This document shows, one piece after another, positions 30,722-40,268 of a DNA stretch of 64,000 nucleotides. Every line of letters starts with the position of its first letter. Positions within the stretch are counted from its first letter, which is position 1. The notes under the pieces were generated by a model, which had not been told where the DNA came from, made no database searches, and was given only the letters and a program-made list of their open reading frames with translations. Source of the stretch: Deltaproteobacteria bacterium (GTDB lineage: Bacteria > Myxococcota > Kuafuiibacteriia > Kuafuiibacteriales > Kuafuiibacteriaceae); contig JAVJQW010000008.1 of assembly GCA_040218735.1 (NCBI GenBank), positions 384,001-448,000 on the forward strand. Direction: 5' to 3'. Position numbers and translations under genes: made by a program.

Positions 30722-31408
30722 TCAGATGATGCTCTTGGGGCGGGGGCGGACGCGGTACATCTGCCCGTTGGCCTCGAGCTGGAGGCGCTGCGCGCGGACG
30801 GCGGATTGGACCCAGCCTTCGTAGGCGTCCGCGGCGAAGTTGCGCCAGGCCTCGGGATCGATCGCTTCGCGTTCGCCGCGCTCGTGGCGATTCAAAGCGA
30901 GACGGTGGCGGCTCCAGATCTCCTCGACGGTGTCGGCGTCGAGCACGACCTGGGCCTCGACCTGCGGCGGGCGGCGCAGGGAGTCGAGCGGGGCGAGGGT
31001 GGTGGTCTCGATCCGGCGGCCCCCCGAGAGCGGCGTGATGATGTGCAGCATCAGCTCGGCGCGTGGGTGGAGTCCGGACTCGATCCCCATCAGGAAGATC
31101 GTGCACTCGTCGTGGTGGACGAACGGGACGATCAACATGCGGTAGCCAAAGCTCTGCAAGGCGGGGACGCGCGCCGGCAGATCTGCGACGACGAACCCCA
31201 TCCGGGTGAGCTTGTCGGTGAGGAAGTCCAGGGGTGCGCGGGCGTCGGCGGGGATGTCGTCACTGGGGATGTCACGGACCTCGAACCGCTTGGGGAGGCG
31301 CCCCCGGGCCCCGAGGAAGAGCCGGCCTCGGCGTCCGGTCGCGAGGAGGAGCAGGATGCCTCCGAGCGCGGCGAGCGCCACGGCGATGTAGATCTCCGTG
31401 GTGCCCAT
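30722..31408 (-). CDS. hypothetical protein with N-terminal membrane anchor
   Basis: ATG at 31408 gives MGTTEIYIAVALAALGGILLLLA followed by a globular region. The longer ORF start is antisense to the tandem repeat. Confidence 0.75.
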   Translation of the reverse strand: MGTTEIYIAVALAALGGILLLLATGRRGRLFLGARGRLPKRFEVRDIPSDDIPADARAPLDFLTDKLTRMGFVVADLPARVPALQSFGYRMLIVPFVHHDECTIFLMGIESGLHPRAELMLHIITPLSGGRRIETTTLAPLDSLRRPPQVEAQVVLDADTVEEIWSRHRLALNRHERGEREAIDPEAWRNFAADAYEGWVQSAVRAQRLQLEANGQMYRVRPRPKSII

Positions 31409-31526
31409 ACCAAGCAGCATCCCAGCTTTTGCACGGACCTGCCACACCGCGGGGATCGTGCTAGGTCTCGGGCAACGAAATCCGTGGGCGCTGTGTCTCG
31501 TTGCAGCATCCCCGGAGAAGGGCGAC

Positions 31527-32459
31527 ATGGCGGATTCGGGGCGTTGGGGTCGGATGTTGTCGCGGTGGGGCGTACGCGTCATGGACGGCGTGGTGAGCGC
31601 CGTCGCCCGGCGTCCGGTGCGCACGGGCGCCGCCGACGTCGTCGTGAGCTCGCCGGGGGCGCTGGCTGCGCGCGCGGACGCAATGAAATCCGCGGGGCCG
31701 TCGGCGGACGCAATGAAATCCGCGGGGCCGTCGGCGGACGCAATGAAATCCGCGCCGCCGTCGCCGGACGCAATGAAATCCGCGACGTCCGCGACGCCAA
31801 CCGTGCCGGGCGCGCCCGGCCCCAGCGCAACGAGGGCCGAGGAGCGACGGTCGATCGCAACCAAACCGGAGGCATCATCGGCGGACGCAATGAAATCCGC
31901 GCCGCCGTCGCCGGACGCAACGAAATCCGCGCCGCCGTCGCCGGACGCAATGAAATCCGCGCCGCCGTCGCCGGACGCAATGAAATCCGCGCCGCCGTCG
32001 GCGGACGCAACGAAATCCGCGCCACGGCGGGCGGACGCAATGAAATCCGCCCCGTCCGCGCCCCCCCGCAAGCTCGTCACCGTCGCGCGCGACCCCGACA
32101 CCGCCTTCGTCTACTGGTCTTGCCCCGCAGACGAGGGCGAGGCCCGCCTCGTCTGGCGCGCCGGCGCGCGCACCGTGCGCGTCGAGCGCGTCGACGCCAC
32201 CGCCGGGAAGCGTTACCTCCCCTTCGTCGCGCCCGACGAACCGCACGCCGCCACGCTCGAGCTCGACGGCGTCGAACTGCGCTCCAACGCGGCGCGTCCG
32301 CCCGAGGCTGCACCGCGCGCCGCGGGGCCGGCGGTGTTCATTCACCCGGCCGACCCCGAGCGCCGCGCGCTCGCCGAACGGCAGCGTCGCCAGCGCGAAC
32401 AGCTCGTGCGCCCGACACACCCCCGCCCCGAGCACGTGTCGTCGTCGCGGCTCGGGTAG
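31527..32459 (+). CDS. DUF4912-domain protein with decapeptide tandem repeats
   Basis: SD-like GGAGAAGG before the ATG at 31527. 'KLVTVARDP..AFVYW...LRSN' is the DUF4912 pattern, ending 'SSS'. It has the usual position upstream of a GH57 branching enzyme. Confidence 0.75.
   Translation: MADSGRWGRMLSRWGVRVMDGVVSAVARRPVRTGAADVVVSSPGALAARADAMKSAGPSADAMKSAGPSADAMKSAPPSPDAMKSATSATPTVPGAPGPSATRAEERRSIATKPEASSADAMKSAPPSPDATKSAPPSPDAMKSAPPSPDAMKSAPPSADATKSAPRRADAMKSAPSAPPRKLVTVARDPDTAFVYWSCPADEGEARLVWRAGARTVRVERVDATAGKRYLPFVAPDEPHAATLELDGVELRSNAARPPEAAPRAAGPAVFIHPADPERRALAERQRRQREQLVRPTHPRPEHVSSSRLG
31674..32050 (+). repeat. 30-bp coding tandem repeat (S-A/P-D-A-M/T-K-S-A-P/G-P)
   Basis: Unit (g/c)cggacgcaa(t/c)gaaatccgcgccgccgtcg. 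Four copies span 31674-31785, about three degenerate copies follow, and six copies span 31881-32050. There are no unique spacers. Confidence 0.95.
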
Positions 32460-32465
32460 CGGGCC

Positions 32466-34046
32466 GTGTCGCCACCGTCACGCCCGGGCCGACTCGTCCT
32501 CTTCCTGCACGCGCACCTCCCCTACGTTCGTCACGTCGATCGCGAAAACGCACTGGAAGAGGACTGGCTCTTCGAAGCCATCACCGACGTCTACCTCCCG
32601 CTCTGCCGGCTCCTCGATCGCTGGAACGCCGACCGCGTCCCCGTTCGCATCGCGCTCTCCGTCAGTCCGACGCTCACCGCGATGCTTCGGGACCGCCTCC
32701 TCCTCCAACGCTACGCGAAGCGACTCGAAGACCTCCTCGCCTTCGCCCGACGTGAGCGCAGGCGAACCAGCGACGGCCCCCTCGCCCCCCTCGCGGAATC
32801 CAACGCGCACCGGTTCGAAGCCGCCTGCACCGACTTCTTCGAAACCTACGACGGCGACCTCGTCGAAGCCTTCGCCCGAGCCCAGCGACGCGGCCAGCTC
32901 GAGCTCTGCACCACCGCCGCGACCCACGCCTTCCTCCCGCACCACGCGCTCCACCCCGAGCTCGTCCACGCCCAGCTCGCCGTCGCGATTCGCAGCCACC
33001 ACACCGCCTTCGGCGCCGCGCCCCACGGCATCTGGCTCCCCGAGTGCGGCTACGTCCCCGGCCTCGACGAACACCTCGCCGACGTCGGCCTCGCTTACTT
33101 CGTGATGGACACCCACGGTGTCACGAACGCCGACCCGCCCCCAGTGTTCGGCCACTACGCGCCCGTCGTGTGCGCGAGCGGTGTCGTCGCCTTCCCGCGC
33201 GACCCGGCGGCCTCGGCCGCGGTGTGGAGCGATCGACACGGCTACCCCGGCGCGCCCGAGTACCAAGAACGTCACCGAGACGCCGGCTTCGACCTCGACG
33301 CCGAAGCGCTCGGACCGCTGCTCCTCGACGGCGGTCAGCGACGGTCGGTCGGCATCAAGTACCACCGCATCACCGGTCGCGACGTGCCCCTCGGCGACAA
33401 GGCGCTCTACGATCCCGCCGCCGCCGCCGCTCGCATCCACGCTGACGCCGAGCACTTCGTTCGCACGCGGATCGACGACGCGGTCCACTTCGCCCGCACG
33501 CGCGATCGCCCCGCGGTCCTCGTCGCACCCTTCGACGCCGAGCTGTTCGGTCACTGGTGGTTCGAAGGCCCGGCGTTCCTCGACGCCGTCGTCCGCAATG
33601 TCGCCAACACCGACGCCATCGCGCTCGCCACGCCACGCGACGTGCTCGACGCCGGCGAACGCTTCCAACTCACCGCGCCGGCCCACAGCTCATGGGGCGC
33701 GGGCGGCTACGGGTGGACCTGGCTCAACGAGACCACCGACTGGATCCTCCCCCGACTCCACGCGGCGACGGAGCGGCTCTGGTCGAAGCTCCCCGCGAGC
33801 CCGCAAGATCAACGCGCGCTCCGCCAAGCCGCGCGCGAGCTCCTGCTCGCCTGCGCGAGCGACTGGCCATTCATCCTGACCAACGACTCCGTCGTCGAGT
33901 ACGCCACCGCGCGCGTGAGGCAGCACCTCGACGACTTCCAACGCCTCACGCGTACCATCGACGAACCCACGCTCGCCGCCCTCGAGCGCGCCCACCCGAT
34001 CTTTCCCGGTCTGCAGCTCGCCGACCTGTCCCCGGAGGACTCATGA
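32466..34046 (+). CDS. GH57 1,4-alpha-glucan branching enzyme (DUF1957)
   Basis: HAHLP, 'EEDWLFEAITDVYLP', WLPEC (nucleophile), PFDAELFGHWWFEG (acid/base) and ASDWPF. Confidence 0.92.
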   Translation: MSPPSRPGRLVLFLHAHLPYVRHVDRENALEEDWLFEAITDVYLPLCRLLDRWNADRVPVRIALSVSPTLTAMLRDRLLLQRYAKRLEDLLAFARRERRRTSDGPLAPLAESNAHRFEAACTDFFETYDGDLVEAFARAQRRGQLELCTTAATHAFLPHHALHPELVHAQLAVAIRSHHTAFGAAPHGIWLPECGYVPGLDEHLADVGLAYFVMDTHGVTNADPPPVFGHYAPVVCASGVVAFPRDPAASAAVWSDRHGYPGAPEYQERHRDAGFDLDAEALGPLLLDGGQRRSVGIKYHRITGRDVPLGDKALYDPAAAAARIHADAEHFVRTRIDDAVHFARTRDRPAVLVAPFDAELFGHWWFEGPAFLDAVVRNVANTDAIALATPRDVLDAGERFQLTAPAHSSWGAGGYGWTWLNETTDWILPRLHAATERLWSKLPASPQDQRALRQAARELLLACASDWPFILTNDSVVEYATARVRQHLDDFQRLTRTIDEPTLAALERAHPIFPGLQLADLSPEDS

Positions 34047-34894
34047 AGCTCGCCCACTTCTCCGACATCCACGTCACCCTCCCGCCCTGGCGCGGCGGCG
34101 TCGCGGGGCTCGTCGGCAAACGTGTGATGGGCGCGCTGAACTACTACGTCGGCGGTCGCCGCAGCCACTTCGCGAACGTGGAGCACCGCATCCAACGGCT
34201 GCTCGAAGACGTCGATGCGCAGGACGTCGACCATGCGCTCTGCACCGGCGACGTCACCCAGATGAGTCGCTCCGAAGAGTTCGAACGTTGCGCCGCGCTC
34301 TTCGGCGATCGCCTCGACGCCCCCGATCGCTACACCGTCATTCCGGGCAATCACGACCGGTACACCCCCACCGCCGATCGCGAGCGACGCTTCGAACGTC
34401 ACTTCCGCGCCGTCGCGCCCGACGCCTATCCGCACGTCAAACGCCTCGGCTCGCTCACGATCGTCACGATCGACGTCGCGCGCGCCGCCGGGTTGCTCGA
34501 CTCCTCCGGCCTCGCCGGCCCCGAGCAGCTCGCCGCGCTCCAAGAGATCCTCACGACCCCCACAGACGCCTTCGTCGTCCTCGCCATGCACTACGGCCTC
34601 CTCCGCAGCCGCGGGCAGCCGGACCGACCCAGCCACGGCATCCGCGACTACGAGCGCATCATCGAGCTCGTCCGCTCCCCCGACACCCACGTGCACGCGG
34701 TGCTCCACGGCCACATGCACGACGCCTACCGCGTCGACGTCGGCGACGTCCCCGAGCTGTGCGCAGGCAGCGCCACGGACGTCTACCGGCGCTGCGGCTA
34801 CAACGTGTACACGATCGACCCGGCCGCGAAGACCCTCCACGCGGAGCGCCGGGTCTGGGACGGCGACCAGGACCGCTACGTCGCCGAGGGATGA
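34043..34894 (+). CDS. calcineurin-like metallophosphoesterase
   Basis: ATG at 34043 (ATGA overlap). SDIH, TGD, GNHD, H and HGHMH metal motifs are present. Confidence 0.9.
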   Translation: MKLAHFSDIHVTLPPWRGGVAGLVGKRVMGALNYYVGGRRSHFANVEHRIQRLLEDVDAQDVDHALCTGDVTQMSRSEEFERCAALFGDRLDAPDRYTVIPGNHDRYTPTADRERRFERHFRAVAPDAYPHVKRLGSLTIVTIDVARAAGLLDSSGLAGPEQLAALQEILTTPTDAFVVLAMHYGLLRSRGQPDRPSHGIRDYERIIELVRSPDTHVHAVLHGHMHDAYRVDVGDVPELCAGSATDVYRRCGYNVYTIDPAAKTLHAERRVWDGDQDRYVAEG

Positions 34895-34925
34895 AATCCA
34901 CCGGCCGGTCGAGTAGACCGAAGGG

Positions 34926-35852
34926 GTGGAACTGAAGCAGCTCGAGTATCTCGTCGCGGTCGCGGAGCACGGCAGCATGAGCAAGGCCGCGCGTGAGCTG
35001 CGCGCCAGTCAGCCCACGCTCAGCGTCGCGATCAAGAACCTCGAAGAAGAGCTCAACACCACGCTGCTCCACCGCGACAGTCGCGGCGTGTCACTCACCG
35101 CCGCCGGTCGCAAGCTGCGCGACGCTTCGCAGGAGGTCACCGAGATCCTCGAGCGGGCGCGCGCGCAGATCATGGACCTCGAGGAGGAGGTCGTCGGCGA
35201 CTTCACGATCGGCTGCAACGAAGCGCTCGGCGCCTACTTCCTCCCCGGCTTCATGCAGGGCTTCATCGAGCGCGCGCCGCGCGTGCAGCTCAAGCTCTGG
35301 AACGGCACGTCCGCCGCCGCGCGCCAGGCCGTCATCGATCGCACGATCGACTTCGGCGTCGTCGTGAACCCGGAGCCGCACCCCGACCTCGTCATGGTGA
35401 AGCTCTTCCACGACGGCATCGAAGTCTTCGTCGCGGTCGACGAGCCCCTCCCGCGCACTCGCATCGAAGCGATGATCCGCCTCAAGCGCGGCCCGCTGAT
35501 CTGCGCCCGTCGCATCGGCCCGGTGCGCGAGCTCCTCGCGCGCTTCGACGCCGACGACGCCCTCCCGGATCGCATCCTCGACTGCGGTGATCTGCAGCTC
35601 GTCCGCCAGCTCACCGTCGCGGGTCTCGGCGTCGCGCTCCTCCCGCGTCGCGTCGCGCAGATCTACGCCGGCGAGCTCGTGCAGCTGCACCGTGAGCTCC
35701 CCGGCTTCCCGGACACGATCTGTTTGTTGTATCGCGCGGATCTCCACCGCACGCAGGGCGCGATGGTGCTGAAGGACGCGTTGGTGGAGTACGGTCGCGA
35801 GCTACAGTCCAGCGACCCGAACGAGGACTCGATCCTGCCCCCGCAGATGTGA
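34926..35852 (+). CDS. LysR-family transcriptional regulator
   Basis: N-terminal HTH 'GSMSKAARELRASQPTLSVAIKNLEEEL...LT.AG' followed by a substrate-binding domain. Confidence 0.92.
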   Translation: MELKQLEYLVAVAEHGSMSKAARELRASQPTLSVAIKNLEEELNTTLLHRDSRGVSLTAAGRKLRDASQEVTEILERARAQIMDLEEEVVGDFTIGCNEALGAYFLPGFMQGFIERAPRVQLKLWNGTSAAARQAVIDRTIDFGVVVNPEPHPDLVMVKLFHDGIEVFVAVDEPLPRTRIEAMIRLKRGPLICARRIGPVRELLARFDADDALPDRILDCGDLQLVRQLTVAGLGVALLPRRVAQIYAGELVQLHRELPGFPDTICLLYRADLHRTQGAMVLKDALVEYGRELQSSDPNEDSILPPQM

Positions 35853-35853
35853 A

Positions 35854-36423
35854 TCAGCCGAAGAGGTTGAACCAGGCCATCGGCCCGAGCGCGAGGTTCG
35901 TCAGGAAGTTGCCGACCTGGAAGCCCGAGTTGTAGTCGCGCTGCTGCTGCATCGCGTACGACTGCTGCGCGGCGTACGCCTGGCTCGCGTAGGACTGACC
36001 GGCCGCGTACCCCTGCAGGTAGCTCGTCAGGTAACCCGCCGGGTTCATCATGTCGTTCCAGGAGCCGCCGGGGACCGACATGTTCGCGCCGTTGACGCGG
36101 TTGCGGACGAAGGCGTCGTTGCGGCCGCCGTCGGTGCGGATCTCGGCGGTGCTGCCGTTGAGGATGTTCTGGTAGCGGACGACGCCGTCCCGCTGGTTGC
36201 CGTCGACCAGCTCGACCCAGCCCGGACCCTGGAGGTCGACCGAGTCGTCACGCCCGAGGTTGTTGACCTGCGTGTTGTTCTGGAAGCCGCCGACGCTGAA
36301 GTTGTTGCGTCCGCGGTCGCCGACGAAGCGCGTGTTGTTGAACGCGCCACCGACCGAGTTGTTGGTCGTCCCGCGCGTGTCTCGAATGGTCCGCGTGTTT
36401 CCGATGCCGTTCACGTTTGCCAT
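35854..36423 (-). CDS. hypothetical N/G-rich, Q/Y/A-rich low-complexity protein
   Basis: 189 aa with strong GC3 codon bias, an SD-like GGGAGA upstream and a sigma54-like promoter further upstream. Confidence 0.8.
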   Translation of the reverse strand: MANVNGIGNTRTIRDTRGTTNNSVGGAFNNTRFVGDRGRNNFSVGGFQNNTQVNNLGRDDSVDLQGPGWVELVDGNQRDGVVRYQNILNGSTAEIRTDGGRNDAFVRNRVNGANMSVPGGSWNDMMNPAGYLTSYLQGYAAGQSYASQAYAAQQSYAMQQQRDYNSGFQVGNFLTNLALGPMAWFNLFG

Positions 36424-36509
36424 GCGTCTTCTCCCGACCGCTCTCCTGAGCAGTTATGAAAGTTGTCGGCTGAACCCGACTGACGGTGCGTGTTTCGACA
36501 TACATTTTT

Positions 36510-36526
36510 AGCAGGTCGCGTACCAA
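36510..36526 (-). promoter_or_regulatory. sigma54 (-24/-12) promoter for 35854..36423
   Basis: Minus strand reads TTGGTACG-CGAC-CTGCT, i.e. GG-N10-GC close to consensus YTGGCACG-N4-TTGCW. It is flanked by AT-rich DNA that includes an IHF-like TATCAA at 36556-36561. Confidence 0.65.
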
Positions 36527-36578
36527 CCCACAACGCACCCATAATACTACATGTATTGATATGTGTGACCGGGTGATC

Positions 36579-37064
36579 CTAGGGCCGACGGTCGAAGCGG
36601 AGCACCGTCGACACCCGCGGGTCCTGGAACGTGGACGTACGCAGCGCGAGGCCCCCTTCCACGCAGAACTCCGCGGTCGCGTGGAGTTGGGTCGGGCGCG
36701 TCCCGTCGCAGGGGATCGCGTCGCCTTCGGCCGAGGAGTCGCCGAAGCAGATCGTCGACCCCTGCACTCGGTAGAACCCGCCGTACACCGCGGTGAACCC
36801 GCAGGCCTCCGAGGCGCCCCCGGTCTTCTTCCAGGCCTGGATGTCGAGGTTGATCGAGTAGCGGCCGTTCGGGTTGAAGAAGACCGTGCCGCTGACCCCG
36901 CCGGTGCACCCGTCGGGCTGCGCCGCCTCGAACTCCGCCGCGACGAGGTCCCACCCCGCGACGGGGTCGCCGCCGCACGCTTCGAAGCCGGCGTCGTCGT
37001 CTCCGCCGCAGGCCGCGAGGGCGAATGTGATCGAGAGGAGGGAGGTACGGGCGATCCGGTTCAC
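36579..37064 (-). CDS. Cys-containing lipoprotein
   Basis: The GTG at 37064 overlaps the kinase stop (GTGA) and gives MNRIARTSLLSITFALAA-C-GGDD..ACGGD. Confidence 0.75.
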   Translation of the reverse strand: MNRIARTSLLSITFALAACGGDDDAGFEACGGDPVAGWDLVAAEFEAAQPDGCTGGVSGTVFFNPNGRYSINLDIQAWKKTGGASEACGFTAVYGGFYRVQGSTICFGDSSAEGDAIPCDGTRPTQLHATAEFCVEGGLALRTSTFQDPRVSTVLRFDRRP

Positions 37065-38071
37065 GTCGACCGCGCCGGTAGCGTGAAGGACACGCGAAGG
37101 CCAGTACCTTCGTCGCGGCCGTCCAGCCGGATCGAGCCGCCGTGCCGCTCCACGATTCGCCGGCAGAGCGCCAGGCCGACGCCGGTGCCCGTCCCCACGC
37201 GTGGTTGCAGGCGCTTGAAGATCTGCAGCATCCGCTGGTGCTGCTCGGGCTCCAGGCCGATCCCGTTGTCCGTCACCGCGAAGGTGCGCCACCCGTTCGT
37301 CGCCTCGCTCGTGATGTGCACTTCGGGTGGCGCGTCGGACTTGAACTGAATCGCGTTGTCGATCAGCTGAACGAACAGCTCGACGATCTGGTGGAAGTCC
37401 GCGAACGCCTCGCCGAGCTCGTCCGCCGTGACCTTCGCGCCGGCCTCTTGGATTCGTTCTTGGAGCTGCTCACACGCCGCGTCGACGGCCTTGTTCATCT
37501 CGAACTGCTCGGGCGCGTTGCCGCGGGTGTTGATCCGCGAGTACCGCAGCAGATCCTTCAGCTGCTGGCGCATCCTCGATGCGCCCTGACTCGCGAACTG
37601 GATGTACGTCTTCGCTTCGCCGTCGAGGGCGTCGCCGTAGTCTTCTTCCAGCAGCTGCGTGAAGCTCGTGACCATCCGCAGCGGTTCGTTCAGATCGTGG
37701 CTCACCACGTAGACGAACTCTTCGAGCTGGCGGTTCTTGCGGTCGAGGGCGTCGAGCCGCCGAAGAATCGGTGCGGGCGCCGCGGCCAGCAGCGTGATGG
37801 TGCCGTCTTCGTTCGGGTTCGCGAGCCACTCGAAGCTCGCCGACTCCGGTCCGATCACCGCGTGGACGATCGTCTCCGGTCCGTCGAGGTCGGACAGCTG
37901 CGCTTCGGTCTCCGCGTAGCAGTCCTCACGAACGATATCGAGGAAGGAGGTGACGTCGCCGAAGCGCTTCTGAAACGACGCGTTCGACCAGACCACCCGC
38001 GACCCGCGGACCTTCACGGTGCACGCGGGCTGATCCAAGAGCTCTAGGGCTTCGGTAACCTTTTCGTTCAA
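37061..38071 (-). CDS. cytoplasmic sensor histidine kinase (PAS-like + HisKA + HATPase)
   Basis: H-box 'FVYVVSHDLNEPLR', N-box 'LIDNAI', 'DNGIG' and 'GTGVGLALC'. N-terminal 'WSNASF' is PAS-like. Confidence 0.9.
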   Translation of the reverse strand: MNEKVTEALELLDQPACTVKVRGSRVVWSNASFQKRFGDVTSFLDIVREDCYAETEAQLSDLDGPETIVHAVIGPESASFEWLANPNEDGTITLLAAAPAPILRRLDALDRKNRQLEEFVYVVSHDLNEPLRMVTSFTQLLEEDYGDALDGEAKTYIQFASQGASRMRQQLKDLLRYSRINTRGNAPEQFEMNKAVDAACEQLQERIQEAGAKVTADELGEAFADFHQIVELFVQLIDNAIQFKSDAPPEVHITSEATNGWRTFAVTDNGIGLEPEQHQRMLQIFKRLQPRVGTGTGVGLALCRRIVERHGGSIRLDGRDEGTGLRVSFTLPARST

Positions 38072-38107
38072 TCAGGCGCCCCCCCGAGCGCTGGGAGCCG
38101 TCGCCCC

Positions 38108-39694
38108 CTACAACGGCTCGATGTCGTGAAGTATCAACCCTTCCGCGTTCTGCAGAGCGTAGTTGATGCCCCACTCGGAGTCGGTGAGCAACACGGGCAG
38201 ACCGTTTCGGTCTTCCAACACGGTAAAGCTGCTCGACCCTTCCAACCACTTCTTCGCTTCCGGCTTGCCGTCGATCCACCGCGCGAATCGAAACGACGCG
38301 GACGCCAGATCGGCCTTCACGTTGTATTCGGCTTCCAACCTTGCACGCAGAACTTCGAACTGAAGCACACCGACGGCGCCGAGGTACGGGTTCTGCCGAT
38401 CACGGGGCCGAAAGAACAGCTGAATCACACCCTCGTGGGCGAGCTGCTCGAGCCCGGTATCCAGCTGCTTCCGCTTCAGCGGATCCTTGAGCACCAACCG
38501 CCCGAAATGTTCGGGGGCGAACCGCGGGATGCCGGCGAACGCGAGCCGCCCCTTCGCCGACACGGTGTCGCCGACGCGCAGCTTGCCGCTGTCGTAGATG
38601 CCGACGATGTCGCCCGGATACGCGTGGTCGACGACCGACCGCTCCTGCGCGAGGAACGACTGCGGGCGCGCCATGCGCATCGTTTGCCCGCTCCGGCCGA
38701 TCGTCACGTCCATGTCGCGCTCGAACGTCCCGCTCACCACGCGCATGAACGCGATGCGGTCGCGGTGCTTCGGGTTCATGTTCGCCTGGATCTTGAAGAC
38801 GAACCCGGAGAAGCGCGGGTCCGATGGCGGGATCGACTCGCCGTCCTCCAGCGTACGCGGCGATGGCGGCGCCGCGTTCTGCGCGAGGAACTCGAGGAGC
38901 CGCTCGACGCCGAAGTTCGTCATCGCCGAACCCCAGAACAGCGGCGACAGCTCCCCCGCGAGGAATGCGTCGTGGTCGTACTGCTCGCCCGCTTCGGTGA
39001 CGAGCTCGAGGTCTTCCTCCGCCTTGTCGAACAACGCGCCGGCGAACCGCGACTTCGCTTCGTCCCAGCTGATGGTCTCGGTGTGGAGGATCTTCGTGCC
39101 GTGCGCTTCCGCGTCGAAGAGCGTGACCTCGCGTGTCTTCACGTCGACCACACCCTTGAAGTCGCGCCCCATACCGAGGGGCCAGTTGATCGGCGCGACG
39201 CGCAGGTCGAGGGACTCGGAGACGTCGTCGACCAGCGCGAGCGGATCGAGCCCCGCGCGGTCGAGTTTGTTCATGAACGTGACGACCGGGACCTTCCGCA
39301 TCCGGCACACGTCGAAGAGCTTCTTCGTCCGCGGCTCGACGCCCTTGGAGTGGTCCATCAACATCACCGCGGAGTCGACGGCGGCGAGCGTTCGGAAGGT
39401 GTCCTCGGAGAAGTCGGCGTGGCCGGGGGTGTCGAGGAGGTTCAGCATCTTGCCGAGGTGCTGAAACTGCAGCACCGACGACGTCACGGAGATGCCGCGC
39501 TCCTGCTCCATCTGCATCCAGTCCGACACCGCGTGGCGCGACGCCTTGCGCGCCTTCACCGAGCCCGCGAGGTGGATCGCCTTGGCGTACAGGAGGAGCT
39601 TCTCGGTGAGCGTCGTCTTACCGGCGTCCGGGTGGGAGATGATCGCAAACGTGCGACGTCGCTTGGCTTCCTGGGCGAGCGTCTTCTCCGACAT
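38108..39694 (-). CDS. prfC: peptide chain release factor 3
   Basis: 'RRRTFAIISHPDAGKTTLTEKLLL', 'SDWM..E..RGIS', 'DTPGH.DFSEDT', 'FKIQANM.P.HRDR' and 'GAVG.LQFEV'. Confidence 0.97.
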   Translation of the reverse strand: MSEKTLAQEAKRRRTFAIISHPDAGKTTLTEKLLLYAKAIHLAGSVKARKASRHAVSDWMQMEQERGISVTSSVLQFQHLGKMLNLLDTPGHADFSEDTFRTLAAVDSAVMLMDHSKGVEPRTKKLFDVCRMRKVPVVTFMNKLDRAGLDPLALVDDVSESLDLRVAPINWPLGMGRDFKGVVDVKTREVTLFDAEAHGTKILHTETISWDEAKSRFAGALFDKAEEDLELVTEAGEQYDHDAFLAGELSPLFWGSAMTNFGVERLLEFLAQNAAPPSPRTLEDGESIPPSDPRFSGFVFKIQANMNPKHRDRIAFMRVVSGTFERDMDVTIGRSGQTMRMARPQSFLAQERSVVDHAYPGDIVGIYDSGKLRVGDTVSAKGRLAFAGIPRFAPEHFGRLVLKDPLKRKQLDTGLEQLAHEGVIQLFFRPRDRQNPYLGAVGVLQFEVLRARLEAEYNVKADLASASFRFARWIDGKPEAKKWLEGSSSFTVLEDRNGLPVLLTDSEWGINYALQNAEGLILHDIEPL

Positions 39695-39709
39695 GGCCGC
39701 CGCCGTCTA

Positions 39710-40198
39710 TCACGCGCGGGCCCGGGCTCCACAGCACTTCTTGTACTTCTTGCCGCTCCCGCAGGGACACGGGTCGTTTCGACCCACCTTGGGCGCCGAG
39801 CGCTTCACCGGCTCCGCCACCATGCGTCCGTCGTCGTAGTACCAGCGCCCCGCGATGCGCACGAACCGCGACCGCTCGTGGTGCGTGATCGTGGTGCCGT
39901 CCTGGGTGTACCGCGCGCGGAACTCGACGATGCCTTCGTCGTCATCGACGTCCTCCGTCTCGACGACCTCCAGGCCGACCCACTGTGCGTTCTTCGACCA
40001 GGTCGCCGCCGCGTCGCGGTCCCACTGCTCGCGTTTGTCGGGGTGGTGGGTCTCGCCGATGTAGTCGACCGCGCCTTCGACGTAGGCCGCGTAGCGCGAC
40101 CGCATCAACGCCTCCGCCGTGGGCGCGTTCTCGACGCCGGTCACGTAGCGTCCGCAGCAGGTTTCGTAGGCGCCCTCGAGTCCGCAGTGGCAAGGCAT
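39710..40198 (-). CDS. ychJ: YchJ family protein with SEC-C motifs
   Basis: N-terminal CHCG...CC, '[11 protein letters not shown]', 'HHERSRF' and C-terminal '[18 protein letters not shown]'. Confidence 0.9.
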   Translation of the reverse strand: MPCHCGLEGAYETCCGRYVTGVENAPTAEALMRSRYAAYVEGAVDYIGETHHPDKREQWDRDAAATWSKNAQWVGLEVVETEDVDDDEGIVEFRARYTQDGTTITHHERSRFVRIAGRWYYDDGRMVAEPVKRSAPKVGRNDPCPCGSGKKYKKCCGARARA

Positions 40199-40268
40199 GG
40201 GCCCTCGATACCACAGGTTCGCCGTGGTTTGACCGGGCGTCCGCTGTGAGCAATCTTGTCGAACTACC

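Noticed and set aside
31674-32050. Possible CRISPR array (palindromic ~21-bp core containing ATGAAA)
   Set aside because: The period is only 30 bp, the intervening 9 nt are nearly identical rather than unique spacers, the repeat is in frame within a CDS, and no cas genes are in the window.
31409-32101. N-terminal 'GADFIASAD' repeat extension of ORF 30722..32101
   Set aside because: It is the antisense reading of the 30-bp repeat. The plus strand carries the DUF4912 gene, and a TM-anchor start exists at 31408.
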